DNA from: Felis catus
Lineage: Eukaryota
DNA: 64,000 bases
Assembly (NCBI RefSeq): GCF_018350175.1
Contig: NC_058383.1
Coordinates: forward strand, 31,002,001-31,066,000
Reading direction: 5' to 3'
Every line of letters starts with the position of its first letter. The first letter of the stretch is position 1. Shown here in pieces: positions 1-12,949 of the stretch. A program made the translations under genes and the position numbers. Under the pieces are notes generated by a model, which saw only the letters and a program-made list of their open reading frames with translations, ran no database searches and was not told where the DNA came from.

Positions 1-112
1 GGTGTCCTGTGCATTGTAGGATGTTAGCGGCATCCCTGGCCTCTACTCATGGGGCCAGTGGCACCCCCTCCCAACGTTGCCACATGTCCCCTGGGGCACA
101 GTCACCACCACC
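1..112 (-). mobile_element. MER20-like hAT-Charlie DNA transposon relic (partial)
   Basis: tcctgtgcattgtaggatgttagcggcatccctggcctctac...ttgccacatgtcccctgggg matches the recalled MER20 consensus. Confidence 0.8.
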
Positions 113-2132
113 TGCCACCACCACACAAAGAATCCTCAGGCTGGCCGGTCACAGGCACGGGCGCGAGGTGGGCCGGGCGGACTGAGCCCTCTGCGTGGGC
201 CCTGAGCCTGGAGTCCTCATCCGTGGTAGCGGGTGGCTAGGAAAGCTTAGCGAGGTGGCATCTGAGGACGAGAACCCAGGGCCACTGGAGGCATCCACTG
301 GTGGCATTTTTAGACGGAGCAGGGGTATATTCTCACGATTTTCATCGTGCTACTCAGTGACATCTACTTGGGTCAAAAGGGTGAGGTGGGCCAGCTGGGG
401 ACCAGATCACACGTTTACGTCTGTCTGTGGGAGAAGGCCCTGCGTAACCCAACTCAGGACGGCACCTGGCACGCACCCCATTCTCAGACTGGAGCCCCGC
501 AGGACACACAGGCACCCTCAAGGATGCCAACATCTGAATCCCTCTGGGAAGAGAGCCCTTTGTCAAGGGTAAGAATGAGGAAGGAACACGCTGAAAAACA
601 TGAGTTCCGTCTTTCCATGTTGGCTCAACAGGCAAGGGCCGCTCCGCAGGTGAGCACACGTCTCTAGACGGCCCTCTTGAGGGACATAAAGCAGGACTCG
701 GTGCCAGGGAACCGTGAACTCGAGAAGGCCGACACCATCCAGGGAAGTGTGCTCCCCATTTGGCAAGCGGAGACGCTAAAATAACGTATGTTCCTGTTTA
801 CTGCACAGGCCTGTGCTCGATACAAATCACTCGGGTCATTTGTGCCACCGAAACACACCATCACAGAAGCCACCGGGATCCAAGTTATCTTCACGTGACA
901 ACTCTGTTCAGCGCGTGGGATTCATTGGCCAGGACTCCGCCAAGGGCCCGACTACATAATCCAGGCAGCCAGAGCTCCCCGCTCTTACGGCGTGTGAGCG
1001 GGCGTCAGCTGCCGGGGCAGCCTGACACCTCCATCCTGTCTACTGTCACAGCACGAAGGTTTTGGGAAACCGTCATCTGCCCACCCCCAATGTGCACGAC
1101 GGCAGCCCCAGCTGGGGTCCCACCGGCCCCTGCCCCCACCAAGACCCCATCCCACGCCTTCAGCTGGACTTATGGAGCTGCCAGGACGGAAGCCTGGAGC
1201 CCCTGCCACGTGAAGCCTGCTGAGAACAACACCAGGGTGAGGGAGCGAGCTAGGAGAGGCAGGGAGGTGGCGTCCTCGTCCGTCGCCGGGGCACCCGTAT
1301 CCAGCCACCGCCCCTCCAAGAGTCCTTTATGGGCGCCAATCAACTTGGCTGCAAGAGCGCCAAAATCGTGTTAGGACAGGTCTCTGGCAACCGTAACAAC
1401 AAGGAGCCGAGCGAGTGAGATGCATCCGTGAAGAGTAAGATCCAAGCACAGTCAGCAGAGCTGTGACAGAAGGGGAATCTGGTTTAGCGGACGCCCAAGG
1501 GAAGGGACCGACAAGCCTCCTCAGGAGAGGCTTGAACGTGGCGAGACAAGGGAGGGGGGACCGAGGAGTCAGAGCGCCGGGTCCTCCGGGGACACAGAAC
1601 CACAAATCCCAAGCATACCGGAACCAGGCACGCTCCACAAAGCCTTGCCGTCCACAGTCTCCCCCGGGGCCGAGAGCGAAGAGCTTCGGGGCCGGGCCCA
1701 CAGCCCGTACTTCTGCTTTCTGAGTGCTGCTGCCAGCACAGAAAATGGGGTCACTGGGGATACGAGGCGGCCAAAAGCTTGCTATTTCGCTTGTAGAAGA
1801 ACTCTCTTTACATTTGCTAAGCTGCTCGGAACCATCGTGGGGTCCATTTCGAGAGTAGCTGCTTTAACGAACGCTTTTTATCAGAAAGACCAAGGGATGC
1901 TAACAAGCCAGAAGCATCTATGGTGGAGAGAAATAATGCTAGTAGTAAAACGACAAAAGCCAATAGTCACAACGAAGCAGCTAACATTCACGGAGGCGTT
2001 CTCGGCGGGAGCTGTGGAGGTACACACACTGTAAGGTCGATGAGGAAAGGGAGGCTCGGCCAAGTGGCGGCCCGCCCCAGAGCATGCAGGGAGTACAGCC
2101 CGGCCAGTCTGACCCCACGACGCTCGCTGCTA

Positions 2133-2150
2133 TGCCACCAGGTGGCGGTG
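2133..2150 (+). promoter_or_regulatory. Candidate CTCF site
   Basis: tgCCACCAGGTGGCGGtg matches the CTCF core CCASYAGRKGGCRS; a second similar motif CCAGCAGGTGGCC lies at 2308-2320. Confidence 0.45.
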
Positions 2151-2436
2151 TCTGGGTGGGGCTGAGCTTCCTCGGGGAGGTCCTGGGGGAGCCAAGAGGA
2201 TGCTGCTGTGACCCGGGCTGGAGGCACAAAGGGCTCGATCTACCCGGCGGCGTTCAGTGGAGTGTTGTTCAGACCTAATCCGGAAGGGTCGCCTCAATGG
2301 AGTGAGCCCAGCAGGTGGCCCAACTGGGGGCCCTTCCTCCCTGCCCTCCCTCCCTACATCAATGCACTCGAATTCGAAGGTTTCTGTGCACTCTGTCTCA
2401 CAAAGAGTTTTTAGGCACTTAGAGATTCCTTCCACC

Positions 2437-3071
2437 TGTTGTGGGCTGAACTGCGTGTGCCCCAGCCCCACCACCCCAATCTTAGGTTGAAATCCTAACA
2501 CTCCGGACCAGAGAAGGCAACTGCTACAGACAGTATCTTTAAAGAGGTGATTAAGGGGGCACCTGGGTGGCTCAGTCGGTTGAGTGGCCGACTTCAGCTC
2601 AGGTCATGATTTCGCGGTCCGTGAGTTAGAGAGCCCTGCGTCAGGCTCTGTGCTGACAGCTCAGAGCCTGGAGCCTGCTTCTGATTCTTTGTCTCCCTCT
2701 CTCTGACCCTCCCCTGTTCATGCTCTGTCTCTCCCTGTCTCAAAATTAAAAATAAAAAAATGTTAAATTGTTTAAAAAAAAAAAAGAGGTGATTAAGGTA
2801 AAAACGGGTCCCTGGGATGGACCCTAATCCACCTGGTGAGAGATTAGGTGTCCTTGTGAGAGATTAGGACAGTGACACGCATGGAGGGATGGCGAGGAGA
2901 AGGTGGCCATCTGCAAGCCAAGCAAAGAGGCCTCAGAAGCAACGGGCACGGATGACACCTTGATCTTGGACTTCCTGGCCTCCAGAATCGGTAAAAAATA
3001 CATGCCAACTGTTTAAGCACCCTTTGTCACCCTTTGCTACTTTGTCACGGCAGCCCGAGCCAACAAATACA
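2437..3071 (+). mobile_element. MLT1 (MaLR) solo LTR, MLT1A-like, interrupted by a SINE
   Basis: Starts tgttgtgggctgaactg; internal gccatctgcaagcca..gaggcctcagaa and caccttgatcttggacttc..gcctccagaa; ends aaataca. Confidence 0.85.
2556..2782 (+). mobile_element. Can-SINE (SINEC_Fc-like) inserted into an MLT1 LTR
   Basis: ggggcacctgggtggctcagtcggttgag head, CT-rich body and A-rich tail. Perfect TSD aaagaggtgattaag at 2541-2555 and 2783-2797. Confidence 0.95.
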
Positions 3072-3756
3072 TGGTCTCTTCTGCTCAACTGGAGGAGCTC
3101 CCATCCTGCTGCGAAGGCTAAAAGCCCCCAGAAGCCTGGGGGGACCCCATCATCTACACAGGCATCTGGAGAGCGAGGGGACGTTCTGTCATAAACGCCG
3201 ACCAAGGGTAAGTGTCACCAAGAGAGGAGCCTTGAAATCCCACCCTGTGGGGAGAGACCTGCCTGGACAGGCCGACAGGATCACCCTCCAGTTCTCTGTC
3301 GCAGCAGCCCAGCCCACAGGATCCCCCCGCCCCCACAACCCCAGTTCTCTGTCGCAGCAGCCGGGAGCTCCCATCAGCCCAGCACGGAGCTGCAAGGCTT
3401 TGTCTCTCCCCACCTGCAGCAGCCGCTGCCACCCCCTAGTCCAGCATGTCCCAAATGTCCCTGACAGTGGCTCACAGTGACAAATACACTGGGCTCCACC
3501 TAACTAGGGCTGCCACATGGACCCCCGCTGAGCACACACACACTCGCGCACATGCACACACACAAACAACACGCACACCCCCCACGTGGCTTCAGGCCTC
3601 TGTGCCTCCCGTACCACACACCCCACGTAGGTACTATAATATTATCCCCATTTCCGCCCAAGAAACCTGAAGCACTTCTCCAGGGTGGCAGACAAGGGAG
3701 TGACCTAGATTCCCCCCCCGAGGCCACAGAGTCCAGGCTCTGTGGGGGGGGGGGGG

Positions 3757-3961
3757 GGGGTCGGCAAACTCCGGTCCGTGGGCCAAACCCAGCCCCGCTG
3801 TTTGTGCGCGTAAAATTCTCCTGAAACACAGCCCGGCCCATCTGTGTCTGTGTGGTCTATAGGAGCCTGTCTACAGAGTAGATACATGCAGCAAAGACCT
3901 TCTGTCCGTTAGGCGGAACTTAGTTATTATCTGGCCCTTTTCAGAAAGTCTGCCGGCCTTG
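3757..3961 (+). mobile_element. MER58A-like hAT-Charlie element
   Basis: ggggtcggcaaact..gggccaaa...tatctggcccttttcagaaagtctgccggcc; tctaga-type flank. Confidence 0.75.
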
Positions 3962-6509
3962 TCTAGACAAGGGACCCCACACCCTGTCCACCCAATTCAA
4001 CCTTCCCAGGACTCTCCCCAACCCTCACATCCAGAGGGGGGTGGGAAAGAAGGAAAACACAAAAATTGTATTTAAATATAATCCAACTGATGAACTAAAG
4101 AGAAAGCAAATTTCTCTAGATTCTTTTGTTCTCAGAAATTGCCAAGATGTCAACGGCGCACAAGATAATAAATAAGAAGAACCAGCAAAGTGCCTCCCAA
4201 GTATTTAATTAAAGCATTTTATCTGCTTCGCCACCTGGGAACAATGGGCCACAGGTTGATAGATCAAGTCTAAACCTTAATGTTGAATTCTTGGTTTTAT
4301 AAAGTGCTTGTCACAACCTTAATATTACTTAAGTGTAGCTTTTTTTCCCCGTTGTTATTAATTAGGTTTTCCCTAACAGTCAGTATCACAATTACCCTTC
4401 CAAGAAGAGCTACCAGAATGCATTTCACTAATTTTTGCAAAGCAAACCTTTTCCAAATCCCCTTACGAGGGCTCTCTAATGCCCCCTTCAGGCACAGTCT
4501 CCTTGCCAAATTGAAATCTGCCAGGACACTGAGCAAATACATGTCCTGTGACCTTCCAACAAGGCCGCTCCTTTTCACAAACGCCTTTCAGAAGGGGCGG
4601 ACGGGAAGGGCTATGGTCAGAATGTAGGCATTTCAGACTTTTCTCCCCTCTTCCCAGAGAGGGGCCTGCAGATGTGCAAAAAGGGGACAGAGTGCCAGTG
4701 GACGACACATTTTTGCAAAGGAAACACAGTTAAAACTTTGGGATAGTTGGATGTTTTCAGTACCTTTTCTGAGGTGGCTGTTCCACAATGTTGCTGTGAT
4801 GTGTCTACCGTCACAGGGGATTATACGCAGGGCCAGGAGGAGAAAGAGAACCTTCTGGGTGAAGTCGCTCTGAGCTTGAGTCCTGGCTGAGACTCTGAGG
4901 CTGCCGTCTCTGCTGCTCTCCTCTCTCTCGATGGCTGGCATTATCTGATGCTGTTACAGGGGCTTTAGGATGCTTGGGGGGCTTAGGTCATTTCCCAGAT
5001 AGATGGATCACTAGGTCAGCAGGAGCACCTGCCAGCTCTGAGCTGTGTTCATGGCACTGGTTACCACCAAAGGGGCTAGGAGATGAGCAAGAAGCTAAGA
5101 ATTGAACTCTAAGGTCAACGATGTGGCGACAACAAGGAGGATGAAATGGGTAAGAGATGGGCTCAGACCACAGAGTGCCCATAGCCTTGGCTCGCCCAGT
5201 CTATCTTCGAGAAAGAGAACAGCAGCCAGGTGCCAGCACTGAAATGCCAAAAACATACCCACAGAGCAAGAATCAGTTGGAGCTGGAGGAGGGTCAACCT
5301 CTTAGGACATTCCTCTCTCTCTCTGTTCTCCATCCCCGTGGAACGCCGCCAGCCTGGACCCTCTGCACTGCCAGGGCCTGCCTTCCCAGCTCCCTAGGAC
5401 CAGCTGATGAGGGGCTACTGCTTCCTGAGGTTCCCAGGATGTCGTCCTCAGGTAAACTAAGGGCAGCCCAAAGAGCCCAGGGGAGGCTGGTTTCCCATGA
5501 GAAAGTCATACGGTGAGAAAACCAAATACACCTATGACAGCTCGATTTGGACCTCTGAAGACCAGCATGATCTCAGTTCCCATGGGGAAACTGGCAAAGT
5601 TTGCTAGATTCTTCTATGGGGTCAGTTGGCTCAAAAAGCACTTAAAATCCATCTCTGTTTTAATATTTTTAAACTAAAAGTAGCTCTTAAAAAGCATGTT
5701 ACAAACTCAAATAATTCAAACCAATAACAATAAAACCTTATATTTGTCAACAGCATACTACATGTGAAGAGATTTCAAAATAGGATTCCATTCGCTCCAA
5801 CAACCCTGTGAGGTAGACTCCTATTACAGATGGAGAAACTGAGGCACAGCAGTGAAGTGATAAAGTCAGTATTCAGACTCCTATCCACCCCTCTCGGGAG
5901 CCCAAGCTCTTAACTAGCCCACCGGTATTGCCTGCAAGCATGTATCTCACACACCAGAGAGACGCAAGACCAGAGACAAAGCTCTTCTTTTTACACTCCC
6001 AGGCTCTCTGAAGATTCCAGAACAAAATCTCGGTCCGGGGCTCATCTCCCTTTTTACCTTGGGGCAGCCAACAGCTTCTGGCTGGAAACAACCAGTTGTT
6101 TGGTATTCATCGTGGTGCTTCTGCAGGCCTTTTTTCTTCGTGACAAACGATACTGTTTTTCTTTATAAATAAAGTGACTTTGGGCAAAAAAAAAATAAAA
6201 TAGGAGCCCATTTGAGGAGAATATTAAATCAGTACTGGTGGGCAGACAGCAGAAGTCATGACAGCAGCAGGGGAATGACTCAAGGTAGCAGCAGTGAACT
6301 CAAGGAGAGGAGAATGACTCAGCCTTAGGTAAGGGCATCACGACAGGGCCCCCCAGGGCAGGGTGCTCAGGGCAATCTGCCGGGACACTGAGAAGTATCA
6401 GAACTCCAATCCAGAGTTACTTTCATTCATCATCTTTAGGTTGCCAGGTTTTGTTTTGTACGTTATAAGGTATCTAGCTACGTACAGTGCAAACAAACAT
6501 GCATAGTAG

Positions 6510-6680
6510 TGGGGGGAAGGGGGGGGGGTGGGGAAACACATATACCTCAGTGGGGGGGGACACATACACTGCAGTGGGGGTGAGGAAACATGTATACTGC
6601 AGCGTGTGTGGCGGGGGGTGGGGGGGTGGGGAATACGGATACTGCAAGGGGGGGCGTGGGAAAACACACACACTGCAGAT
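6510..6680 (+). repeat. Degenerate G-rich tandem repeat (G-runs alternating with acaYatacactgcag-like units)
   Basis: Five variants of aaacacatatactgcag separated by G4-G9 runs. Confidence 0.7.
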
Positions 6681-8540
6681 TCCTTTTCTCAACGGGGATC
6701 CACGATCAACGGAGCCTGTTCACCCCAGGACAAGACTCCCCGCATCTTCCGGCAGACAGAAACCCACCAGCGCAGTGAGTGGTCACTGGGCGGCCTCCCC
6801 AGCATCCATTCCTGGCCCCTCCCTGGGATGGCCTGTGATTTCCCCTGGGGACCCTGTGTAAGTCCGGGCCTGTGACCTCACCCAGCTCCGGGGTGGAGTG
6901 CGGGATGAGGTTAAGCCAACGAGGGCAGCCTCCCTCACTGCTTCCACCAGTACGACTGGCCTTAGGAGTTCCATCTCAGGTCCTCTGCTGGGAATGCAGG
7001 CACAGACACGCGTCCTCTGTGTCCGCCCCACTAGGAAGTATGCTCTACCCATCTGCTTTATTCACTGGTCGATCAACAAACATTTTGTTGAATACAAGAA
7101 TGGTTTTCTCAATGAGTCAGCCTGGAGCCGCTGATTTAATTCACTGTCGACCCGGGGTCATATCCACTGTGCTGGGGTCATGTACTGACAAGAGGTAGCC
7201 GGTGCTGCAGAGCAAGGGAGGCCAGGGGACAGAGTCCTGGGGCCGGCAGGAGCGGGGACCTCCTCACGACACTCTGAGTTCTCTCTGTGTGGGAGGTTAA
7301 AGAAACCCACCACCAAGAAGCCAGTTATGGCTGAGCCCTAGCAATAGGGCTAGGCTATGACAGCAAGTTTCCTTGCTGTCCAGGAAACTGCCCAGAGAAA
7401 GAGGTTCCTCCCGACCTAAGGCCTCCACAGCTCACAAAGCAAGTGAGGACGCTCACCTCGCAGCTCTCTTGAAGGGATGTGAGCTAGCACACGCGAGGAG
7501 CAGGTGGCTGCCAACAGTATGTCCTCTCCTGAGGCATCGGTCTCCCCATCTATAAAATGGGCACCTGATCGGTTCCTCTCTTGGCTCCCGGGATGGGTCA
7601 AAGCAGCACCACAGATGAAGTGTCGCCCTGATTCTCAGAACACTGTCACTCAACCCATGACAGCTAAAACGTTGCTGTTACTTTCGTGAGGGTTCCTCTG
7701 AAGTGGGGGGATGGGATCCCTCAACTTTTAAACTCTGACCTCTCTGCTGCCCTGGGAGAAACTGCACATCCTAAGAAAACAGATTCTAACCGCTGAGCCT
7801 GCATCTGCCCCGCATCCTCTCGAACAAGTGACAAGAATAAAGTTGCACGGCTCTGCCTTCCCGGCTCGTTCTTCTCTGCCCTGGAAGCAGCTCTCCCCTC
7901 CCTCCAGGGAGTCTAAACCTAAGCCACACGCACTCTCCCACGTGAGGCAGACAGCAAGCTGAGGCTCTCCACCTGCTGGTTCCCTTCCCGCCCGAGCAGA
8001 TGATGCACCCGTGAGTGGGCAACACCCAGCACCCATGGGGTCTCTGTCATCCGGAGAAAACCTAGAGTAACGATGTCCAAGGAACGTCAGCAGCCTGATC
8101 CAAGGTCGCTGCTGCTTACGGTCCAACAGGGGCCTGGCTGGCTGATTCTGGCCAGATCGCAAAGCTCTCCAAGCATGTGCGTCCCCCGAGCGAGATGTGA
8201 ATTTCAATGCCGGCCCTGCCGTGTGGGACTGGCTTCCCGCCACGCTCGGAGGGCACTCACTGGGAAAGCGGCTCACACTCTCATCTGTCAAACAGGCTGG
8301 CGACGCCTCCGTCGCAGAACTGGTGAGAGCCAAGGGTGTGAAGAGCCAGCAGCGGGCCTCGCCGGAGGTCAGAACTCCATACAGAGCGTGGCCGTACTGG
8401 GGATTTCTACTGCTGACCCAGCTGCTGTGACCACCGAAATCCAGTGTGGCTCCTCCCACAGCAGCTGGAAATACCAGTATGAGCAGGTCCTGGGCCAAGC
8501 GCCTCCTGGGCGGTATCTCACTTCATCTCACTTCAGCCCC

Positions 8541-8563
8541 GGGGGGGGGGGGGGGGGGGGGGG
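8541..8563 (+). repeat. G23 homopolymer (a G17 run also lies at 3744-3760)
   Basis: Read directly from the sequence. Confidence 0.95.
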
Positions 8564-10499
8564 CTGCTGATCTCCCCCACTAGATCGCCAACTCCACTCC
8601 CAGAGAACGTGCCTAATTTACCGCCTTCGATCCCAGAGCAGGAGGGGTGTGCTGGGACCACCACCATCTTGCAGATGAAGCAGCTGAGGCTTAGAAAGGT
8701 TCGGTTACATGTCCAGGGTTGTGCAGTTAATAATGCTTATCTGATCCCTCTCATGTTCGTTCCACAAGTATTAGGTGTCTACTGTGCCCAAGTCACCACA
8801 CATACAATGGTGACTACACACTTAGTCCCAGACTTAGACCACATCAGGTATTAAACGAACACGGAGTTGCCCACTAGGTGAGGAAGTGAGCACGTCACAG
8901 TGGAGAATGTAGGAGTGTAAACCCTGTGATTTGTTCTCTGTGGCTATACAAGCAGCATGTTACCATCTTTAGGGGATGAGAGGCTGGCGGTTACTACGGG
9001 CCTGCAGGCAGAACCCCAGAAAGGCCCCCAGGTCCTCAGAGCTCCCAGGCTCTGCGGCCCCAATGCCCCAACCCCCACCTCTAGATGAATCACTATGCCC
9101 CATCACAGAAGGAACAGGACAAGGAAATATGGGTTATTTGTGGGGGCTACGGAAAAGAACCAAGGACAGAAACCAGGAGAGGGGATGAGGGGATGGCGGA
9201 GAAGGGCCCCCATGAGCTCAGGGGACAGGACCCTGAGATGGGCAAGGAGGGGGAGCCCCATGTATTGGGGGCCTGTAGAAACGTCCCTGTGGGCAAGCAT
9301 GGCAGGGAGAAAGGATCAGCCCTCAGCAGAGGCTCCTGCCTGCACGTGGCCTGTGCACCGAGGCCCGGGACCAGCCGCCTCCGTGCAGGGCAGTCCAGAA
9401 GACCACCCACCAGCCCCCTCTCTGGAGAGGCCCTGGGTCCTCGCACAATGCCAAGGTGGAAAGAAAAACTTCTGGAGATAAAAGGAACAAAAATGACTGA
9501 TGTGATTTCCACCACACAGGGCAAGTAGGAAGCAAGGTGCACACACAGAGTACAAGTCAAATTTCTTTAATAAAAATCACAATACTAATAATAAAATGTG
9601 AGGTTTCTAACTCCCAGAGACATGGGGCTTCTGTCCCTAGCCACCACTCCATAGTCCGCTTTCAACCCAACAGCCAGAATGAGCCTTTTAAAACCTGTCT
9701 CTGCTCCAAACACTCCAATGAAGCTCCCATGTGGCCTCGAAGATCTCGCTTTCCGCCATCTTCCCAGCTCACTGGGCACCAGCCCTGCCCTTACCATTGT
9801 ATCCACATGAGCGCTGGAGCCAGGAGCCAAGAGGGAACAGCAGGCAGCATAACAGGGAGGAAGAGGAGCAGGGGACAGAGGAGGAGATGGGCCCACTCTA
9901 TGCCCACAGCGAGCAGGGCCTCAAAGCGGGCAAGTGAGGACCCCTTGGGACAGAGAGACAGTCACCCAAGGCACGCAGGGACGGCCCCCGAGGTGGCGGA
10001 GAATACCGCCCGGATTCGGTCAAAAGGGCCTTTTGCAGCTGACGCTAGTCTAGGTGCAGGTCAGCCCCCTCCCTAGGGAAGTTCCCCCAAATCCTTCCAT
10101 TTGCGAGGGCACTGCCAGTCCCTTCAACTTACCAAGTTCGGTCCTGCTTCTGGCCTTTGACCTTTGCCGCCTCGCTGCCTGGGGCACTCTACTCTGGGAC
10201 CTCTGCGCTTCAAGCATCACCTCCTCAGAGACCCCTGACCATCCTCCGTCCACCCCCGCCTCTGCCTAGTCACCTGACCACACGTCACCCCTGTTTTCTC
10301 TGGAGTAGTCAGTTCTACTTGCTCTCAGCCTAGCCTTGCTTCTGTGCATTCGTTGGCCACCAGTCTCCCCGCGAGAGCGTCAACTCCATTCCAGCAGAGA
10401 ACCTGTGCATCACCTATCACCCCCTTACGTCCCCAGCACCTTGCTCCGGATGGGTGCTCCAAACCTTCTGACTTCTTTACTGCTGGCGATCGTCTAGAG

Positions 10500-11092
10500 C
10501 ACGGTCAGCAAAGTACAGCTGGTGGGCCAAACCCAGCACGCCATCTGTTTTTGTAAATAAGGTTTTGCTGGCACTGTGGCAAGTGTCCCACCGCTGCCAT
10601 AACCAAGCACTACAGACAGGGGTGGCTTCGAACCACACCAATTTAGGGCTCACGGTTCTGACGGCCAGGAGCCCAAGAAGGAGGTGTTGGAAGGGGTGGT
10701 TCCTCTCCGGACTCCAGATGGCCACCTTCTTGCTGTGTCCTCACGGGGCCTTTCTTCTGTGAGCACACGGCCTTGATGTCTCTACTTGTACCCAAATTTC
10801 CTCTATGGTCACCAGTCCTAGTGACATAGGGCCCCACTCATGTAACCTTAATTACGTCCTTAGAGGCCCTATCTCCATTCACGGTCACAGTGGGGGTTAG
10901 GGATCAACACAGGAGTTGGCGTGGGGCGGGGGGGCGCGTGGTGTATGTAATTGAGTCCCTCACGGAACACAGCCACGCTCGTTTGTTTACATACGGCCTC
11001 TGGACGAGGAACTGCTGCTACACGGAGCATCAGATACACGAAGCATGAAAAATTTACTCCCCAGCCTTTCACAGAAGTCTGCAAACTCCTCT
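10500..11092 (+). mobile_element. MER58A-like element split by an MLT1 LTR
   Basis: 5' part cacggtcagcaaa..gggccaaa..tgtttttgtaaataaggtttt at 10500-10574; it resumes as aacacagccacgctcgtttgtttacata at ~10966. Confidence 0.75.
10575..10964 (-). mobile_element. MLT1A-like MaLR LTR (antisense)
   Basis: gctgccataac...ctcacggttctgacggccaggagcccaag...agatggccaccttcttgctgtgtcctcac...ggccctatctcca, the reverse-strand MLT1 pattern. Confidence 0.8.
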
Positions 11093-11689
11093 CCAGAACA
11101 CAGCCCCGTTACGTTTGGCATGTCACAACGGTCCTCATTTTCCCCACGGCTGGATCAGAAGATCCCACCTAAAATCCAAGCCACAGCACCCGGGCGCTTT
11201 GCTTTACTATCAGCCACAGTTTTGTCCCTCCCAAGCCGGTTACCAAGTCTCTCGAGATTGTGGACCAGGAAACTAGAGATGACAAATGCAAGCCCACGAA
11301 GTCAGAACGGAGATAATACCCGGGGAATTGGCGAACAGAATCACCTGCCGAATGCCGGCCCCAGAGCGGTCTGGCAGGGCACGAGGTTTGCTAACGCCCC
11401 TTCTGTTGTAATTCAGAAACCAGTCAAGGACCGTTCCCAAGACAAGGGACTTGGGTGTTTCGGGCCTTCTGGTACGAGACAGGTTAACGTCATGTGTGTC
11501 ACTTTTTATCCACCAACATCTATTAAGGGCCACAGACACGACTGGCTTCTATTTCTCTCATCTTTTTTTTTTTTTTTCCTTCTACTCAACCGCAATTTCA
11601 ATTAGAGTCAAAGAGCCTTGGTTTCAAAGGCTCACAGGGACAATACTAAAACCTGATTTTAGGTGTCTTTCTTTTTCAAAAAACAAACA

Positions 11690-11905
11690 CTTAAACCGTG
11701 CTTCCTGGGCACCAGGCAATGTTCGAGCCTCTTCATTTCCATTAACTCATTTGATACCCATGACGAAGCAATGAGAGGGGCGCTGTTATGATCCTCATCT
11801 GACAGGTGAGGAAAGAGAGACTCAGGCAGACTAAGTAGCTCGGGCATGGTCTACACAGCTACGAATTCAAGGAGTGAAGATTCCAGCCCAGGCTGTCTGA
11901 CTCTA
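11690..11905 (-). mobile_element. MIR relic (other MIR relics near 5780-5930, 13640-13830, 26200-26340, 26870-26980, 30660-30850, 35490-35690, 49590-49720, 61070-61230 and 62790-62935)
   Basis: MIR core ctcatctgacaggtgaggaaagagagactcag; elsewhere cctcagtttcctcatctgt and relatives. Confidence 0.7.
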
Positions 11906-12949
11906 CGGTCTGCTCCCAACCACCATTTCCTTCCTCTTGGTCGGTGGCAAGCAACGCGGACAGGACCCGTTTGTGCTTCCTTTGCCCACTGCCTATTTCT
12001 AGAACACAGCAGTGATGTGTAAAAGAACAGTATCGCCCTGGACACCAAAGAGCTGGCTTGAGTCTGGGGTCTGCACCTGACGGCCTCTGAGCCTCAGCCA
12101 CTGTAAAACAAGATCATCAATACTCTCTCTGTCACAGGAACTCACTGCTGTGGGACTCGATTCAAGTGGCTCCAATTTCCTGAGCATCCGTTACTATCAC
12201 GTCCGGACTCCTCTCTCAACCAGTAGTAACGGGACCATTACTCCAGGGCAGGGATTCAGGGAGGTGGGGCCTGTGGTTGTGCGGTAACAGACCAAAAAAC
12301 AAACGCTCACACAAACCGCCACAAATTAAGACCTGAGACGGCTCGCAAAGGGAAAGGACAGGAGGCCAGCCAAGGTATGACGGGCACTGTCCCAGCGTAG
12401 ACTGTGGGTCACAGAAGGCGATCAGGAGATGCCCCCTGAGCCCTCAATTCCTGTCCCCCTCAGAACGGAACCTGGTGGACAACACCATGACACGTGTCCG
12501 GCAGTCTCTGGGAGGACTAACACTCGAGAGGAGGGAGGAAAGTTTCCTCTTCCAGGTGGATTTAGGAAAATGACTCCTCCAAGTCCCCAACCGCCTTCCA
12601 GATGAAGAGCTTGGTTCTCTAGCCACAGACCTTTGCCCCGAGGAGGTGATTATTAACGACCAGCGCTCGCTTATGACTCTCAAAAGCAAGCCTTGTTTAC
12701 GTTCTTTTGACTGCAATTTGTCTCTAGGTTACGGGGCTCCCGGAGATACCTCGCCTCATGATCTCCTCCCTCCTCCCTCCTCGCACAGTGGTTACTGACT
12801 GTCAGCCTTTCCTCTGGGGGACGTGCCGCGTGCTCACTGATTTCTCCCCAAACCCTGGGGTTTGAGGAAGTCGCTCCTGCAGTGGAGCCAGTGTTCCTCC
12901 ACCTTCCAGGGCAGCCTAGGTCATTCTAGCCTCACCGTTTTTCCCCTAA

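Noticed and set aside
7728..8498. Longest ORF (256 aa, minus) and other ORFs over 180 aa (e.g. 760-1374, 28734-29432, 55060-55734)
   Set aside because: Pro/Arg/Ser/Gly/Cys-rich composition typical of chance ORFs in GC-rich intron DNA. Several overlap L2 or LTR relics, and none shows a recognisable domain.
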